From positions 156,364,001 to 156,428,000 of the forward strand of contig OZ024743.1 of assembly GCA_964016885.1 (NCBI GenBank): a DNA stretch of 64,000 nucleotides, read 5' to 3'. The translations under genes were made by a program, and so were the position numbers. The first letter of the stretch is position 1. Every line of letters begins with the position of its first letter. Source of the DNA: Eledone cirrhosa (lineage: Eukaryota). The notes below the pieces were generated by a model that saw only the letters and a program-made list of their open reading frames with translations, was not told where the DNA came from and ran no database searches. This document shows, in pieces, positions 1-13,843 of the stretch.

Positions 1-690
1 TGATATTATTGCTAGGGTGTTCAGACTTAAAGTCATAAAACTGATGGATCTCCTGAAACGACGAAGTCTTTCGACCAGCCTTATGTGGAACATACACAGT
101 GTGAATGGCAAAAACGAGGATGTCTGCATGACCACGTTCTGATTTGGCTACAAAATATCCTTTGCTGCATGAAATTGTCAAGTCACAGATAATTCATGTG
201 CCCGGTGGTGCAATTAATCCATCCTTCCCATGCATGATGGATAAAACGTGTACCAAGAACTACACCCATCCGACTATACTATAAACGAAAACTATAGAAG
301 ATGGCTACTCTATTTACAGAAAACCTGGGCAGGGTGGATTCACTTCGAAAAAAAAAAAAAGGAAATGGATAAGAATTCATCATTGAAAATCGGTGGATTG
401 TACCCTACTATCATCTTCTTACAAAACATTCCAAAGCCCATATCAATTTCCATATCAATGATGACTGCTGAAACTCTGTTAAGTCAATTAAGTATGTTTG
501 CAAATATCAGTACAAAGGTTTAGATGCTGTAACATACACATTTTACAGAATGCCAGTCAGCAAATAAACAAAAATGATGAAGTTGTACAGTATGAGAGAG
601 GAAGATACATCAGTAGCAATGAGGCTTTTGGGGCATGTTCAATTTTCCCATTTATAAGAGTCACCCAGCTATCATTCAACTGAACGTTTT
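1..690 (+). mobile_element. Helitron Rep (HUH) fragment, degenerate
   Basis: Across frameshifts: DIIARVFRLK, EWQKRGCLHDHVLIWL (HUH motif, cf. EWQKRGLPHAH), NPSFPCM..CTKNY, DGYSIYRK, ENRWIVPY, SIKYVCKYQYKG, DEVVQYERGRYISSNEA. All are Helitron Rep motifs in the expected order. Confidence 0.88.
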
Positions 691-929
691 GATGAAGTAT
701 GTGGTTTCAACCCATTCCATTATTTGAGGAGAGTAAATGTGTGAAACATATAGAGTAGCATACTATCAAAAAGGTTTGTTAGAAAATGATGATCATGTAT
801 TCATATCTATGTATTCCTGACTATCTGTTTCCTCTTTATCACATCACTAATACCTCTCGTGAAAACTGAAAACCACAGGATTGTAATACCGACTTCCAGC
901 CGGTAGATACAATAGTTTATGACTTTGCT

Positions 930-2440
930 TATTAATCCGTATAGTGAGGAAATGGGGTCCCACCTGCTGGACCCCACACCACGGCGATCAAGATGGAGAA
1001 GGCGTTTCTCGGAGGATGGTAAGGGAGATGCGCTGGAAGAGCCATTCCACCTCGCGAGGCTCATACCTGCGGCTGGGCAGCTAAGCGCCTATGGTGGTGA
1101 ATAAGGAGGTAGACCTAGGGCCAAGGACACCAGAAATCTCCACTGCCAAGGCCACGACCGCGAACCTGTCGAAGAGCGACCTGTACTTGGAGAGTTTGGC
1201 CTCCTCAGCCCCACGTGGGGCAGTACCTGGGTTAGTCGCAGACTGCACCAGGTTGCGGCTGGAGAAAGTGTCGCTGCAAGTGGGATCCCAGATGAGGGGT
1301 TTTCCACCGCGGAATGTGAAGGTGGTCATACTTCGCCTTTAGCTATCCCCTCGGTCCAGCCCCAACGGCTCAAGCTGGGAGGGGAAGCCTGCACCTTCCA
1401 AGTCATGCTTAATGACCGCGTTGAGGGCAGCATGGCATTGAATGCAGCTGGCACTGTGGCGACAGGAAAGCGAGTGGAGTCCAAAAGTGTCCATGGTGTT
1501 TCCACAGCGACATTTATGTGGCTCGCAGATCCGGAGTCCAAGGCACCACGAAACGCCCACGCGCAGGCTATCGTTATCCAGTTGTGTGCCAGTGGAGAAG
1601 GAGGGAAAGGCATGGAACCAGAAACCACTCTGGCGTTTGGAGGTCACGCGAAGACAGGCAAGGCGGTGCTGGTCGAGCTGACGCGTGAACCTGTCTGAGG
1701 CCAGGCTGCACTGGATGGCATCCTATACGCTTAGGGAGGACATGACGTCAGCAGGGGGCGAAGGAGGAGGGACGTCTACCGGGCTAAATCGCAGCCTGTC
1801 CCACGTCTCACAGGCGACCTCACGTCCCTGAACACAGGCTTCTATTGTGTTTTGTAGAACCCTGCTGATGAGGACGTGGCATGAGGTTACCGATGAAAGA
1901 AACGCAGGCAAAGCCAGCGAGATCAGGGACCGCAGGCCAAGGCCGCCATATCTGACAGGTAAAGTGGCCTGTTGCCATCCAATGTCGTCAAACCTGATGT
2001 TTCATATATCCTCAGTGGCTACTCGGATACAAGTATCGAGGTAGCGAGGAGAGATGCGTAGCTGTATCGCCAAGAGTATAGAGGAGCTTCGGCATGGCGA
2101 AGCAGTTCCTCAACAGGAACAGAATTGGGTGGCCGTCGAGCAATCCCAGTCGGCTCGTGAGGGTCTGGAGTTGTTGGAGCCTAGACCTGATGATGGATCG
2201 GATGGCCGGTGAGAGGATCGATGACCCGAGGATGAGGACATCCTTTTGGGGTGTCACCTGTACGTGGTGGAGAACAACACGTCCAAGATGGAGGATGCAA
2301 AGCTCTCAGCTACATAGCTGACATTCACCATCTCCAACTTAGACGAGTTGACCCGGAGGCTGTTTCCCGCCAGGGCAGGACACACCGATTGAAGGTCATG
2401 TCAGACAGTCTCCACAGGACTCCACGTGGGTAGACGTGTG
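930..2440 (-). mobile_element. CRE-like non-LTR retrotransposon (RT C-terminus, zinc knuckle, restriction-like endonuclease), 5'-truncated and degenerate
   Basis: LRVNSSKLE; LLRNCFAMPKLLYTL; SGFWFHAFP..GTQLDNDSLRVGV..LGLRICEPHKCRCG..GLHSLSC..HAALNAVIK; GKPLIWDPTCSDT..EEAKLSKY..ALAVEISG..QRISL. GC-rich compared with the flanks. Confidence 0.8.
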
Positions 2441-2449
2441 ACGACTCGC

Positions 2450-5400
2450 TGGTGAGTTTGGGGTTCAAATTTACTGGTAAAATTTCTGATTTTTGTAAAT
2501 CTTATTACGTTGTTTTGAAGATAAACCAACACCCTGAAACTCCAGGGGGTTGATTTTTCTAACTTTCAAGCCTTTAAGGGCGAACATTTAGTTTACAATC
2601 TCAAAATTGAAAAAAATGATAATTGTGAAAATTTAAAATGGCATCAGAAATGCTGAGAACGTCCTTGGAAAGGGGAGCGTAAAAAAGACATTGTATCCTC
2701 TACTACCACCACTTCCGCCAATAGTGAAAGAATGGCCGAAAAGAAAACATTTTCTGGCCAAAAGAAGAAAATGGAAAGGGGACTACCACAGTAGCCTTCC
2801 CCTCCAATAATAGCAGTTAACGACAAGGCAAATTCAGCAATCCCATCACAAAGAGGAGACATTCTTTTGCCTGCTTACAGACAGCTTGACAACTCTGACG
2901 TCATACCAACTTTTGCCATGACAACACAAACAAACAAAAAGAACACCAACAACAACGAAGACAACAACAATAAGAAGAAGAACAAAAACAAAAACTTCAG
3001 CTCAAGCGAAAACTACCAAACACACGTAAAAAAAACCTTTTGCAGAAACCCTTGCCAAAGAGACAGGATTTATAGAAATAGATCTGTCAAACCAAGCTCA
3101 GCACCTAAAGGACGCTGGGCAACATATAACTTCCGAGAGTAACGAATAAGTACCTCACCGGAAATTAGGGCCATGAAATTAAGAAAAACAATTATCTTCT
3201 GGACTATCTGTTCCCAAACCAAGAAACCTATGGCTTTAAGCAATAGCACAGTGGAATCCTGCGAGACATTGCTTACATCCTAAGGGCCAAGAAGTAAGGT
3301 AGCATCTCGGTGCTCTTTAAAGGCGATGCCCTCGCTTGGAAATATTCAGTGGTTCCAATTAGAACGAACCAACACATCTTCTTCCCAACATACATAGGAA
3401 GAAGAACTCATGCAGTAAGGATCTCACAGATCTCACCGAACACCAACAGTTGGTGGATTCTGGATGGTTTTTTGGAGGAGGGAGAAGACAACCACCGCTC
3501 TGTAAAAAAATTATTCCGGCAGTACGGGAACGGGGCCTCAATGGAGCCCGTTGTCCAAATACAACCGGAGAGTATGAAAATACAAAAGAAGGCCTTGCTG
3601 CGAACTCCAAAACAACAACAGATACACTCGAAAAAAAAAAACACAACCCGCAAACCATCAACATTCACCCAACCATCACAAACCACAAAAGACACCACAC
3701 CAAAAATCACCCCCTTGTCTAGCACTCCCACAAACACACACACAAACACTCCACCACCACACAACATACCCCTGCCATATAGCCACATTGATAATGCCTC
3801 AGACACGGGAACCTCTACATCCGCAAGTGAGGATGAAAAGGAACCCCAAAAATCCAAGAAGCATAAAAAGACAGAGAAAAAGTATAGAACAAAAACATCA
3901 ACAGAAAACACGCACACACCTAACACTGACATTAACATCCAGCCACAAACGACAACCCCACCAACAACACAACCAGACACTTCACCAACAAAACAAACAC
4001 TCACGCCACCACAATCACAAACCCCAACCACAAATAGAAAACTACAAACAGAAACAGTACACACAACAAACAGAACAGATTACACATACATAAAAAAACA
4101 AGAAACAAAGAACTGGTGGAAACTGTCCGAAAGGACCCCACAATCCAAACGAAAAAGCAAACCTTCCCGACCAAAGACCCACCCGTACCTTAAACTAATC
4201 AGGGTAACAACCTACAGTACGAAACATTAAAAGGGAACTTCCCACATGATGTGCCCCACCCCCTGCCAAAACACCTTAACCGTGTCCTTCTAAAAGTATT
4301 CCCTCCCTCCGTATACAGCCCTCCCCCTCAAAATGGACATGGAGATAGAAAAACCCGACCTCCAGGAAACGAAAAGGTGAGTGTTCCTGCTTTTTCTCTC
4401 CCTAACTCTTCTTCACCAACCTGGCGACTATACAAGTTGGATGTTTGAATGGACGTGGTCTGGGCATGCCCTGGAAACAGGGCCTGTTTTTAAATGATCT
4501 CAGGACACACTGTATAGATGTGATAGCTATCACCGCGTCCAGGATTCACGACAAGCAGCAGCTAACCCCAATGTTCGATTATTTTGAGATTTACGTATCT
4601 CTCTGTCAGCCAGGAGGTGGAGAGGAAGTTGCTGTTCTCTTTCTAAAAAATCTGCATCTCAAAGTACAGACGATTCAACCGGGGTGTAGCCTGGTGGTCC
4701 TGGACGTAAATGGTAGTAAAAGTGTTTCTTTTAGACTGGTAGCCGTATATGCCCCGATTAGGACATCTCGACCAGACGTCTGCAAGCGTCTGGAGCCATT
4801 CCTCGGAACGTCTCGCTCCTTAGTGTTGAAGAGGGACTGGAATGCCATCTTAGATGCACGTTGGGACTATGTAGGAGCTTATGATAATAGAGGGAGTGTA
4901 ATAGCCTCAAAACGCTCATCAGTCAATTCCAACTGGCTGATAGATATCGACTAGACTCCCCAGTGCACGAATGCGGACCTAGAGCAACCGTACTGGGGCT
5001 TCTAGATCGTTTTTAGATAGATTTCTAAGTAGAGAGAATGATAACGAAACATAAAGCTGTCCAGAAATGCACATGGTTGCCTATTCAGACCACAAATTAG
5101 TCACCTGCATAGTCAACCTTGATAGAACAGAGACAGGGACCCGGATACTGGAAGCTAAATATGTCGTTCCCGGCGCGTAATGCCTACAGTAAACGGATTA
5201 ACATCTTAGTTAAGAGCAATTTGACGGGGTCCATCGTCAACAACAGGTGGTGGAGCTCACTCAAGAGAGCAATTAGAATAGAATCGATAACATTCACAAG
5301 TAAGTAGCTTTAGAAAAAAACAACACTGAAAAGGAACTGGTAGCTAAAGTAGAAGAGGCACTTAATAATCGCAGTACAGCTGACGTGCTAACGGCGAGAA

Positions 5401-7990
5401 CGGCACTAGACCAGTTCTTCAACGTGAAACACGAATGTGGTATTGTCAGGAATAGCACACGTGCTCTAAGAAAAGAGGGAGCCAAAGCTGTTAGCTGGGC
5501 CCGAGTGGCAGAGGCGAAAGGTGGATTCAAATCCACAATTGGTCATTGCAAGTCAAAGATGGACGCATTCTACTTGAATTCAAGCAGATGTGTACGGCCT
5601 CCCAGCAACAATTTGCACAACTCTTCAGGCAAAGCGGTACCTCGTGCGAGGTGATGGACTTCACTTCCTAACTCGATGGCCTATCATGACTCTCGAGCAC
5701 GGATGCAGATAGTTGCGAACCGCCGATCACAGCGGGCGAAATAGAAGATGCCATAGGCCGTGTGGGAAACGCAAATCACCCGGTTTAGAATATCTACCCT
5801 ATGAGTTTTACATAGCCATGCCAGACTTGTTCTCTGGCGTCCTCGAAGCGGTCTACTGCAAATGACAGCAGAATAGCAGGATTCACAGTTCTGTAGGCAG
5901 AGGCGTAGTAACGTTGATCAGGAAAGATGAGAACAATGAGGATGAGATAAACAATTTCATATCTATAACTCTGCTCAACACAGAGTTAAAGATTTTTGTG
6001 TAGGTGTTAGCAACAAGGCTCGCGCTTGTCGTCGAGAACCTTGTACGGGAAGCAGGTGTGCAATCCCGACCAGGTCCATACACGACAACCTCTACCTCAT
6101 GTGATACATCATAGAGAGTGTAGGGTGTTAACCCGGCTTCGGTGGGGCTCTGATCAATTTAGATCTATCTAAGGTATTTGATAGCGCCGACCATCAATAC
6201 TTGAAAGCGGTTCTCAAGGCGGCAGGCTTCGGTCCCGTCTTCAGAGGCTGGATTGCTGCCATGCACACCAGCATCTGCTCGGCAGTGAAGGTGAATGGCT
6301 ACTTATCGGAGCCATTCCAAATCATGCGTTCCATCCGTCAGGGATGCACTCTCACCTCCATTATGTATGTACTGACTTTCAAACCAGTACTGCGGAAGTT
6401 GGAGCTGTTGCAGGGCATCCCGATTGAACCAGGACTGCGGAAAGCAGCGTCGGCCTATGCCGACAACGTAAACGTAATGGCGTGGAAAATTTCGGACATT
6501 GGGGTAATCGGCAACCTATTAAAGTAATACGAAAAGTTGACAGGAGCTAGACTGAACCCTAATATGTCTGTCGGCTTGCAACTTGGCACATGGAGAGGTA
6601 AACCCATGCCTTCCGACAGTGTCGTTGGACGGTGGGCGGAAGGACCGGTGAAATTGCTTGTGGTTTGGTTTGGTCTAGACCTCCAGTTGGGCAAGTACTG
6701 GAACGAGGTCACGGGGTAGGCTGAGTGCAAACTCTCTTTGAAAGGTCGAGCGGAGGTGGAGAACACTTACATAGCGCCCGTCATCTACTACCTACCGTTT
6801 GGCAGTCGTGCCTTGACCCCGCGAACACCTCACCAAAATGGAGCGCCTACTCTTCATGTTCCTCTGTAAGAAACAGGCTCCATTGGTGAGGAGATCCATC
6901 TGCTGTCATATCCCTTCTAACGGGCCGCTGGGCATGCCGAGGCTGATAATATGCAAACACGCGCTGAGGCTATGCAATCTCCAGCTATTCCTGATCGGCG
7001 AACCGCTCTGGCTGTCGTTTGTGAGACAAGCTCTTCCACAACTTGTCTCACTCACAGAGCTGCTGTCCTGTATCGAGCGAAGACAGAGAACGGGCGGCTC
7101 GAGTTCCTTCAGACACTCACATACTTCTACCAAGCGGAAACGGCAATCAACAGAGATTCTACTTCGACACTCTATAGGGGATTAGTGGAGGGTAAGTGCG
7201 ACGACGTTCTCGTGGAAAATCTAGGCATCCAAGAGGACGAACTGACCAGTCTGTTAGGGAGGACTTTCCGTTCAGGGCGTATGGATAACTTCCAGAGGTC
7301 TTTGGCCTGGCAATGCTGCCGAGGAGCTCTACCAATTCCTGACAAAATATACAGGCATGGACGCCCTGTCCAAGATGCGAGCAGGATATCGAAACCGTTC
7401 TGCACGCATTTGTTCAGTGCCCAGGCTTGACCGACCTGTTGAATTATGTCGAACAGTTACTGTCACGTGTGGGACACTTCCAGTTGTCAGCCGAGTCTAT
7501 GAATGAAGGAGAGGCGGTTTTTCTCTGTATGGTGGCTAGGGTGAAAGAGGTAATATGATGGACGAGAGTAAAATGACTAACGCAAACACCTTTCTCTCCG
7601 GAGAACAACTCATCCCCTTCTTTAAGTACCGCTTCAGAAGGAAGGTGAGAGTGGAGAAAGAGGTGCTACACCAAATTCGCTGAAAGGGGGTGAATGTCGT
7701 GAAAATGGCCCTAGTGAATTGGCCTTCTCTGTACATAAACCTGTAGGTTGAGGAAGATAAACAGAGGGAAGAGGGGAAAGCCAAGAGTACGTGTTCCTGG
7801 TGTTGAGGGTTGTTGTATCCACGGGTTGTAAAACAACCCCGCAGTAACTAATGGCGATTTCGGTTGTTTTATTTTATATATAGATTGATTTTTATTCATC
7901 ATTGTTAAAGGTTTTATGTAAAATTCCGCCGTCACGTATTGCAATGTTCCATTTGTGTAGGCTCCTGTGGCAAATAAAGAAAGATATCTA
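2450..7990 (+). mobile_element. Tx1/L1-like LINE (ORF1 + APE endonuclease/RT ORF2), near full length, degenerate
   Basis: T/Q/P-rich ORF1 at 3310-4230. APE motifs NGRGL..LNDL, VAVYAP, DWNAILD, SDH, GYWKLN. RT motifs ITLLNTELKI, RQGCTLT, SAYADN. AATAAA at 7973-7978. Many stops and frameshifts. Confidence 0.88.
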
Positions 7991-8054
7991 TCAACATTGT
8001 GGTAACTGGTTTTGCTAGAAGTAACAGTGAAATAAAACACTAGCTTCTGAAAAT

Positions 8055-8195
8055 CACACACACACACAAACACGCACACACACACAGACACACACACACA
8101 CACACATACACACACACACACATACACACACACACACATACACACACACACACACACATCCATACACACACACATACACGCACGCACACACACAT
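8055..8195. repeat. (CA)n microsatellite
   Basis: Directly visible dinucleotide run. Confidence 0.95.
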
Positions 8196-8349
8196 TCATT
8201 GTATCTATCTATGTATTACTTGTTTTTGTCTATGTATTTCTCTCCATCTACCTATCGCCAACTACAGAAAGCATTCTCCAATGGAGGATGAACTGGATTT
8301 GTCTAGTATGTATATAATCTTCCATTGTCTATGTAAGTTTCATTGACCA

Positions 8350-8660
8350 CAACACTTTCGACCCGAGTGGTCAATAAAGAAATTATTGAACTGCCAAGAA
8401 CTTACAAAACTTTTCAAGCAAAACAATGTGATACATGTTCAAACAAGGCACTTGCGTTGGGTTAGTAGAAGGGGCGAGCAATGCTGGCCGGATAATATCT
8501 GTGGGCTTTCATGTCGATTGTTTGAAAAGGTTATTTTCAAGGAGAATCAGTTCGGACAAAATGGATAATTTCCAAAATTCCTTGAAATGGCAATGCTACG
8601 GAAGGGCTGTACCTGTACTCGAGGTAAGCATAACAGGCCCAGAAGTGCAATCAACCTGAT
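8350..8660 (+). mobile_element. Tx1-like LINE fragments (a 3' terminus plus a piece of the ORF2 C-terminus)
   Basis: gtggtcaataaagaaa matches the 3' ends at 7967 and 47147. GLVEG and MDNFQNSLKWQCY match 7180-7330 and 46320-46470. Confidence 0.65.
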
Positions 8661-9061
8661 TTATTTTTGATGCACTCAATTCGATGATAACAACCTGCAT
8701 GATATCACCTAAAGCCCAAGCATCGCAGAATTGTTGGCTTTCTAAAACGACCAAATATTATCTCATATAGGAGAGATTCGTCTATCGACTGTCTTTACTG
8801 AAGATTTTAACAGTAACTTTTTCAGAATAGTAGTACGATCGTCTTCCTCTGTCTGATTGCTATGACAAAGTAACATGTATGGGGAACTCGTATAAATGTG
8901 TGTGTGTGTGCGTGTGTGTGTGAGTTCGGCAATCTCTGTAATGTACAGAGAGTGCCGAGTATACAGATACATAGAGACATACAAATACATGTATACTTAC
9001 ACAATACATACTAACACACACACGCAAACAAATATATATATATATATATATATAAATATAT

Positions 9062-9120
<59 letters not shown>

Positions 9121-9154
9121 GCGTGTGTGTCTGCGAGCGCGCGTGGGTGTGTGG

Positions 9155-9192
<38 letters not shown>

Positions 9193-9366
9193 ATTTAATA
9201 TGAAAGAAAAAGGAACACAGATATATACATATATGTCTTCAAATCGCCGCGGACCAGATTCGCTAAGGTAAAAAGAATACTAACTATAGACAATTGGCTT
9301 TGCTTGTCTCAATTTAAGAAAAAAATCAAGAAAATAAATACAAACCGGAATTGTGGTAACTACCGA

Positions 9367-9446
9367 TCACCCAGACAGCCTGGTGCTGTTTCGCAATACT
9401 AATTAATTCTGAATAGAAATACCAATTCGTGCTCATCAGTGGGTGA
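9367..9446 (-). ncRNA. Type I hammerhead ribozyme, canonical core, GUC cleavage site
   Basis: Minus strand: UCACCCA-CUGAUGA-GCA...UGC-GAA-ACAGC(accag)GCUGU-C-UGGGUGA. Stem I 7 bp, stem III 5 bp, all core nucleotides present. Confidence 0.9.
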
Positions 9447-9616
9447 CAAATTAGTATCCTAGACACTTCTAAGTATATTAAGACACTGAATAGTGTACTA
9501 TATATAATAACGCACATGGCATATTAGCGTGTCTCACAAATTTACACCACTAAAAACACCAGCCAGGTTTATTCGACATCTGAAATAGCTTAACAAATCA
9601 ACGGTGCCGAATATAA

Positions 9617-9848
9617 CAAAGGTTCGTATTGAGTTAGGAACTCAAAATAGTCTCTTACAATAAAATAGCTCTAAGAAAGAGATTTTTCCGAGCCGTATAT
9701 CATAACTGAAAATAAACGGAAAACGAACACAGACATATGCAATTATAATATATATTCGATTATAATATACCGCTCGGAAAAATTTCTTTCTTAGAGCTCC
9801 TTTATTGTAAGAGACAATTTTGAGTTCCTAACTCAATATATACCTTTG
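9617..9848. repeat. Inverted repeat (arms about 9617-9714 and 9751-9848)
   Basis: tattgagttaggaactcaaaatagtctcttacaataaa...tttttccgagc is mirrored by gctcggaaaaa...tttattgtaagagacaattttgagttcctaactcaata. Confidence 0.9.
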
Positions 9849-10187
<339 letters not shown>

Positions 10188-10405
10188 TAAGTTAAAAATG
10201 TACATCCACATATGTATACTGAAATACTAGTATGCATATGAATACACACACGTATACATATGTAGATGTACCGAGTTTTTCACTGGTCACTTTACTGTGA
10301 GTGTCCAGCTATTCTGTATGTAAACACACAGACAAACCGGTTTTTAGATTCATACTGGTTTTTGAGGAAACACCTTTCCTCTATTCTCCAGAAAGCCAGA
10401 CAAGG

Positions 10406-10450
10406 AATATTGAACTAGTTTCGTTGTTGTTACAACTCATCAGCAATATT
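10406..10450 (-). ncRNA. Minimal type I hammerhead ribozyme (inverted copy)
   Basis: AAUAUUG-CUGAUGA-GUUGU(aaca)ACAAC-GAA-ACUAGU-U-CAAUAUU on the minus strand. Confidence 0.88.
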
Positions 10451-10847
10451 TACCTATCTTCCGGCCTTTCTAGAGAATCGTAAAAGCACATATCGTTATA
10501 TGCTTTTTCTATGAAAATTAGTAGTGGGCAGACTAATTTGCATAGAGCGTGAGTACGTACCGGTTCGACGGAGATGATAAAAACAAATAACGAAAAGAAA
10601 TTAAATTTCGTTTCGTTTGGAACTCACTTTTGTATGACTGACGCTTAAACAATTAAGTTAAAAATGTACATCCACATATGTATACTGAAATACTAGTATG
10701 CATATGAATACACACAGGTATACATATGTAGATGTACCGAGTTTTTCACGCTCTATGCAAATTAGTCTGCACACTACTAATTTTCATAGAAAAAGCATAT
10801 AACGATATATGCTTTTACGATTCTCTAGAAAGGCCGGAAGATAGGTA

Positions 10848-10892
10848 AATATTGCTGATGAGTTGTAACAACAACGAAACTAGTTCAATATT
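10848..10892 (+). ncRNA. Minimal type I hammerhead ribozyme, GUU site, palindromic stem III
   Basis: aatattg CTGATGA gttgt aaca acaac GAA actagt t caatatt. Stem I 7 bp, stem II 5 bp. Predicted cut after 10885. Confidence 0.9.
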
Positions 10893-11313
10893 CCTTGTCT
10901 GGCTTTCTGGTGAATAGAGGAAAGGTGTTTCCTCAAAAACCAGTATGACTCTAAAAACCGGTTTGTCTGTGTGTTTACATACAGAATAGCTGGACACTCA
11001 CAGTAAAGTGACAAGTGAAAAACTCGGTACATCTACATATGTATACGTGTGTGTATTCATATGCATACTAGTATTTCAGTATACATATGTGGATGTACAT
11101 TTTTAACTTAATTGTTTAAGCGTCAGTCATACAAAAGTGAGTTACAAACGAAACGAAATTTAATTTCGTTTCGTTATTTGTTTTTATCGTCTCCGTTGAA
11201 CCGGTACGTACTCACGCTCTATGCAAATTAGTCTGCCCACTACTAATTTTCATAGAAAAAGCATATAACGATATGTGCTTTTACGATTCTCTAGAAAGGC
11301 CGGAAGATAGGTA

Positions 11314-11358
11314 AATATTGCTGATGAGTTTTAACAACAACGAAACTAGTTCAATATT
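11314..11358 (+). ncRNA. Minimal type I hammerhead ribozyme (one stem II mismatch)
   Basis: Same motif as 10848-10892 with gttgt changed to gtttt. Confidence 0.85.
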
Positions 11359-11780
11359 CCTTGTCTGGCTTTCTGGAAAAATAGAGGAAAGGTGTTTCCT
11401 CAAAAACCAGTATGACTCTAAAAACCGGTTTGTCTGTGTGTTTACATACAGAATAGCTGGACACTCACAGTAAAGTGACCAGTGAAAAACTCGGTACATC
11501 TACATATGTATACGTGTGTGTATTCATATGCATACTAGTATTTCAGTATACATATGTGGATGTGCATTTTTAACTTAATTGTTTAAGCGTCAGTCATACA
11601 AAAGTGAGTTACAAACGAAACGAAATTTAATTTCGTTTCGTTATTTGTTTTTATCGTCTCCGTCGAACCGGTACGTACTCACGCTCTATGCAAATTAGTC
11701 TGCCCACTACTAATTTTCATAGAAAAAGCATATAACGATATGTGCTTTTACGATTCTCTAGAAAGGCCGGAAGATAGGTA

Positions 11781-11825
11781 AATATTGCTGATGAGTTGTA
11801 ACAACAACGAAACTAGTTCAATATT
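11781..11825 (+). ncRNA. Minimal type I hammerhead ribozyme
   Basis: Identical to 10848-10892. Confidence 0.9.
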
Positions 11826-12113
11826 CCTTGTCTGGCTTTCTGGTGAATAGAGGAAAGGTGTTTCCTCAAAAACCAGTATGACTCTAAAAACCGGTTTGTC
11901 TGTGTGTTTACATACAGAATAGCTGGACACTCACAGTAAAGTGACCAGTGAAAAACTCGGTACATCTACATATGTATACGTGTGTGTATTCATATGCATA
12001 CTAGTATTTCAGTATACATATGTGGATGTACATTTTTAACTTAATTGTTTAAGCGTCAGTCATACAAATGTGAGTTACAAACGAAACGTAATTTAATTCC
12101 GTTTCGTTATTTG

Positions 12114-12364
<251 letters not shown>

Positions 12365-13717
12365 GACCTGTTCTTCGACTAAGAAAGCTGACGGAAAATA
12401 CCGAAGTTGTTCTTTACTATTTACATTGTAAACTATGTACCTAAGACGAAGGTAGGCTCTCAATAAAATAAGAATTAAAAAAATAGTAATAATAAATTAA
12501 CCACAATATACAGTTACACTTATGTACCATACTTAACAATTCGTTATTATAAGCTTTTTAAGTTTGGTTGGCTGGGCACATACATGAGTGCATATCTACA
12601 TACACACGCATACTCATAGCTACATTACATATATATATAAATAACATATACATTCACACACACACATGAGTGCATACATATATGCACACGCATAAACATA
12701 TGTACATATACATACATATAAATACATATACATTCACACACATACATGAGTGCTTACATATATATATATATATACATACATATACCTACATACGTACACA
12801 CACATATACATATATACACAAATGTATATATACACACATACACATATACACATATATACATACAAACCTACATACATACGCACTTACACTCAAACGAACA
12901 TACACACATACATACATATACACACATACAGACATACACTCACCATTTTCCTATAGTGTATATCTCTTTCTCTATAAAATGGTTTGTCTGTCTATTCCTA
13001 TGCATTCTATAACGGCTGGATCAAATCAAATCAAATTTTACAAGGTTAATATTATTAGACCCCGGGAGTTTCAACATGTAATTTTTATTTTCATTTGGAT
13101 TATCTAAAATAATATTTTCATAGTCAACTATAGTAAACCACCAACACCATCTCCATGACTCACATTGTGTATATAGGAGTGTGTATGTGTATGTGAATGT
13201 GTGAGTGTGTGTGTGTGCGTTTGTTATGTATATTAGGCCTCAGAGAATTAAACACCCACACATCTACAGATACATACACATAATGTGTGTGTGACTGTAT
13301 GGCAGAGTGTGTGTGAGTGTATGCGAGAGTGTATGTGTGTGTGAGTGCATGTGTGTGCGTGTATGTGAGTGTTTATGTGTATGTGAGTGTATGTGTGAAC
13401 ATTTTTATTTTCCTTTGGATTAAAATAATAGAACGTCACGTTTTGTATATGAATATGTAGTTGTCTGTGAGTGTGTGTCTGTTTGCGGGTTCATTAGGTA
13501 CGTTATTAAATACACACACACATACAAATAAATCTGAACATACATGAATTATACAATGAATATTGTTTAACCTAATGTGCTTCAAGATTAACAGATTTTC
13601 ATTTCTAAATTCTATTATCATTACAATTTTGATATTTTTATTTATAAAATATAGATTATTGATATAATTATGAGAAAAAAAAAATCTTTATATTTATTGA
13701 TTACTAATCTGAATAAG

Positions 13718-13756
13718 AAGAGCAGTAACCCGGGCAACGCCGAGTAATTCAGCTAG
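13718..13756 (+). mobile_element. Helitron-type 3' terminus (hairpin + CTAG)
   Basis: acccgg gcaacg ccgagt hairpin followed by aattcagCTAG. Confidence 0.6.

Positions 13757-13843
<87 letters not shown>

Noticed and set aside
10301-11930. Repeated 60-aa ORF MSSYSVCKHTDKPVF in the 467-bp unit
   Set aside because: GTG start, antisense to the ribozyme, frameshifted in one copy, no recognisable domain. Its recurrence is explained by the repeat.
12365-12465. ctgacgg..ccgaag and cctaagacgaaggtagg hairpins as a ribozyme
   Set aside because: Core deviates on both sides (no CUGANGA or GAAA) and no consistent three-stem fold was found.
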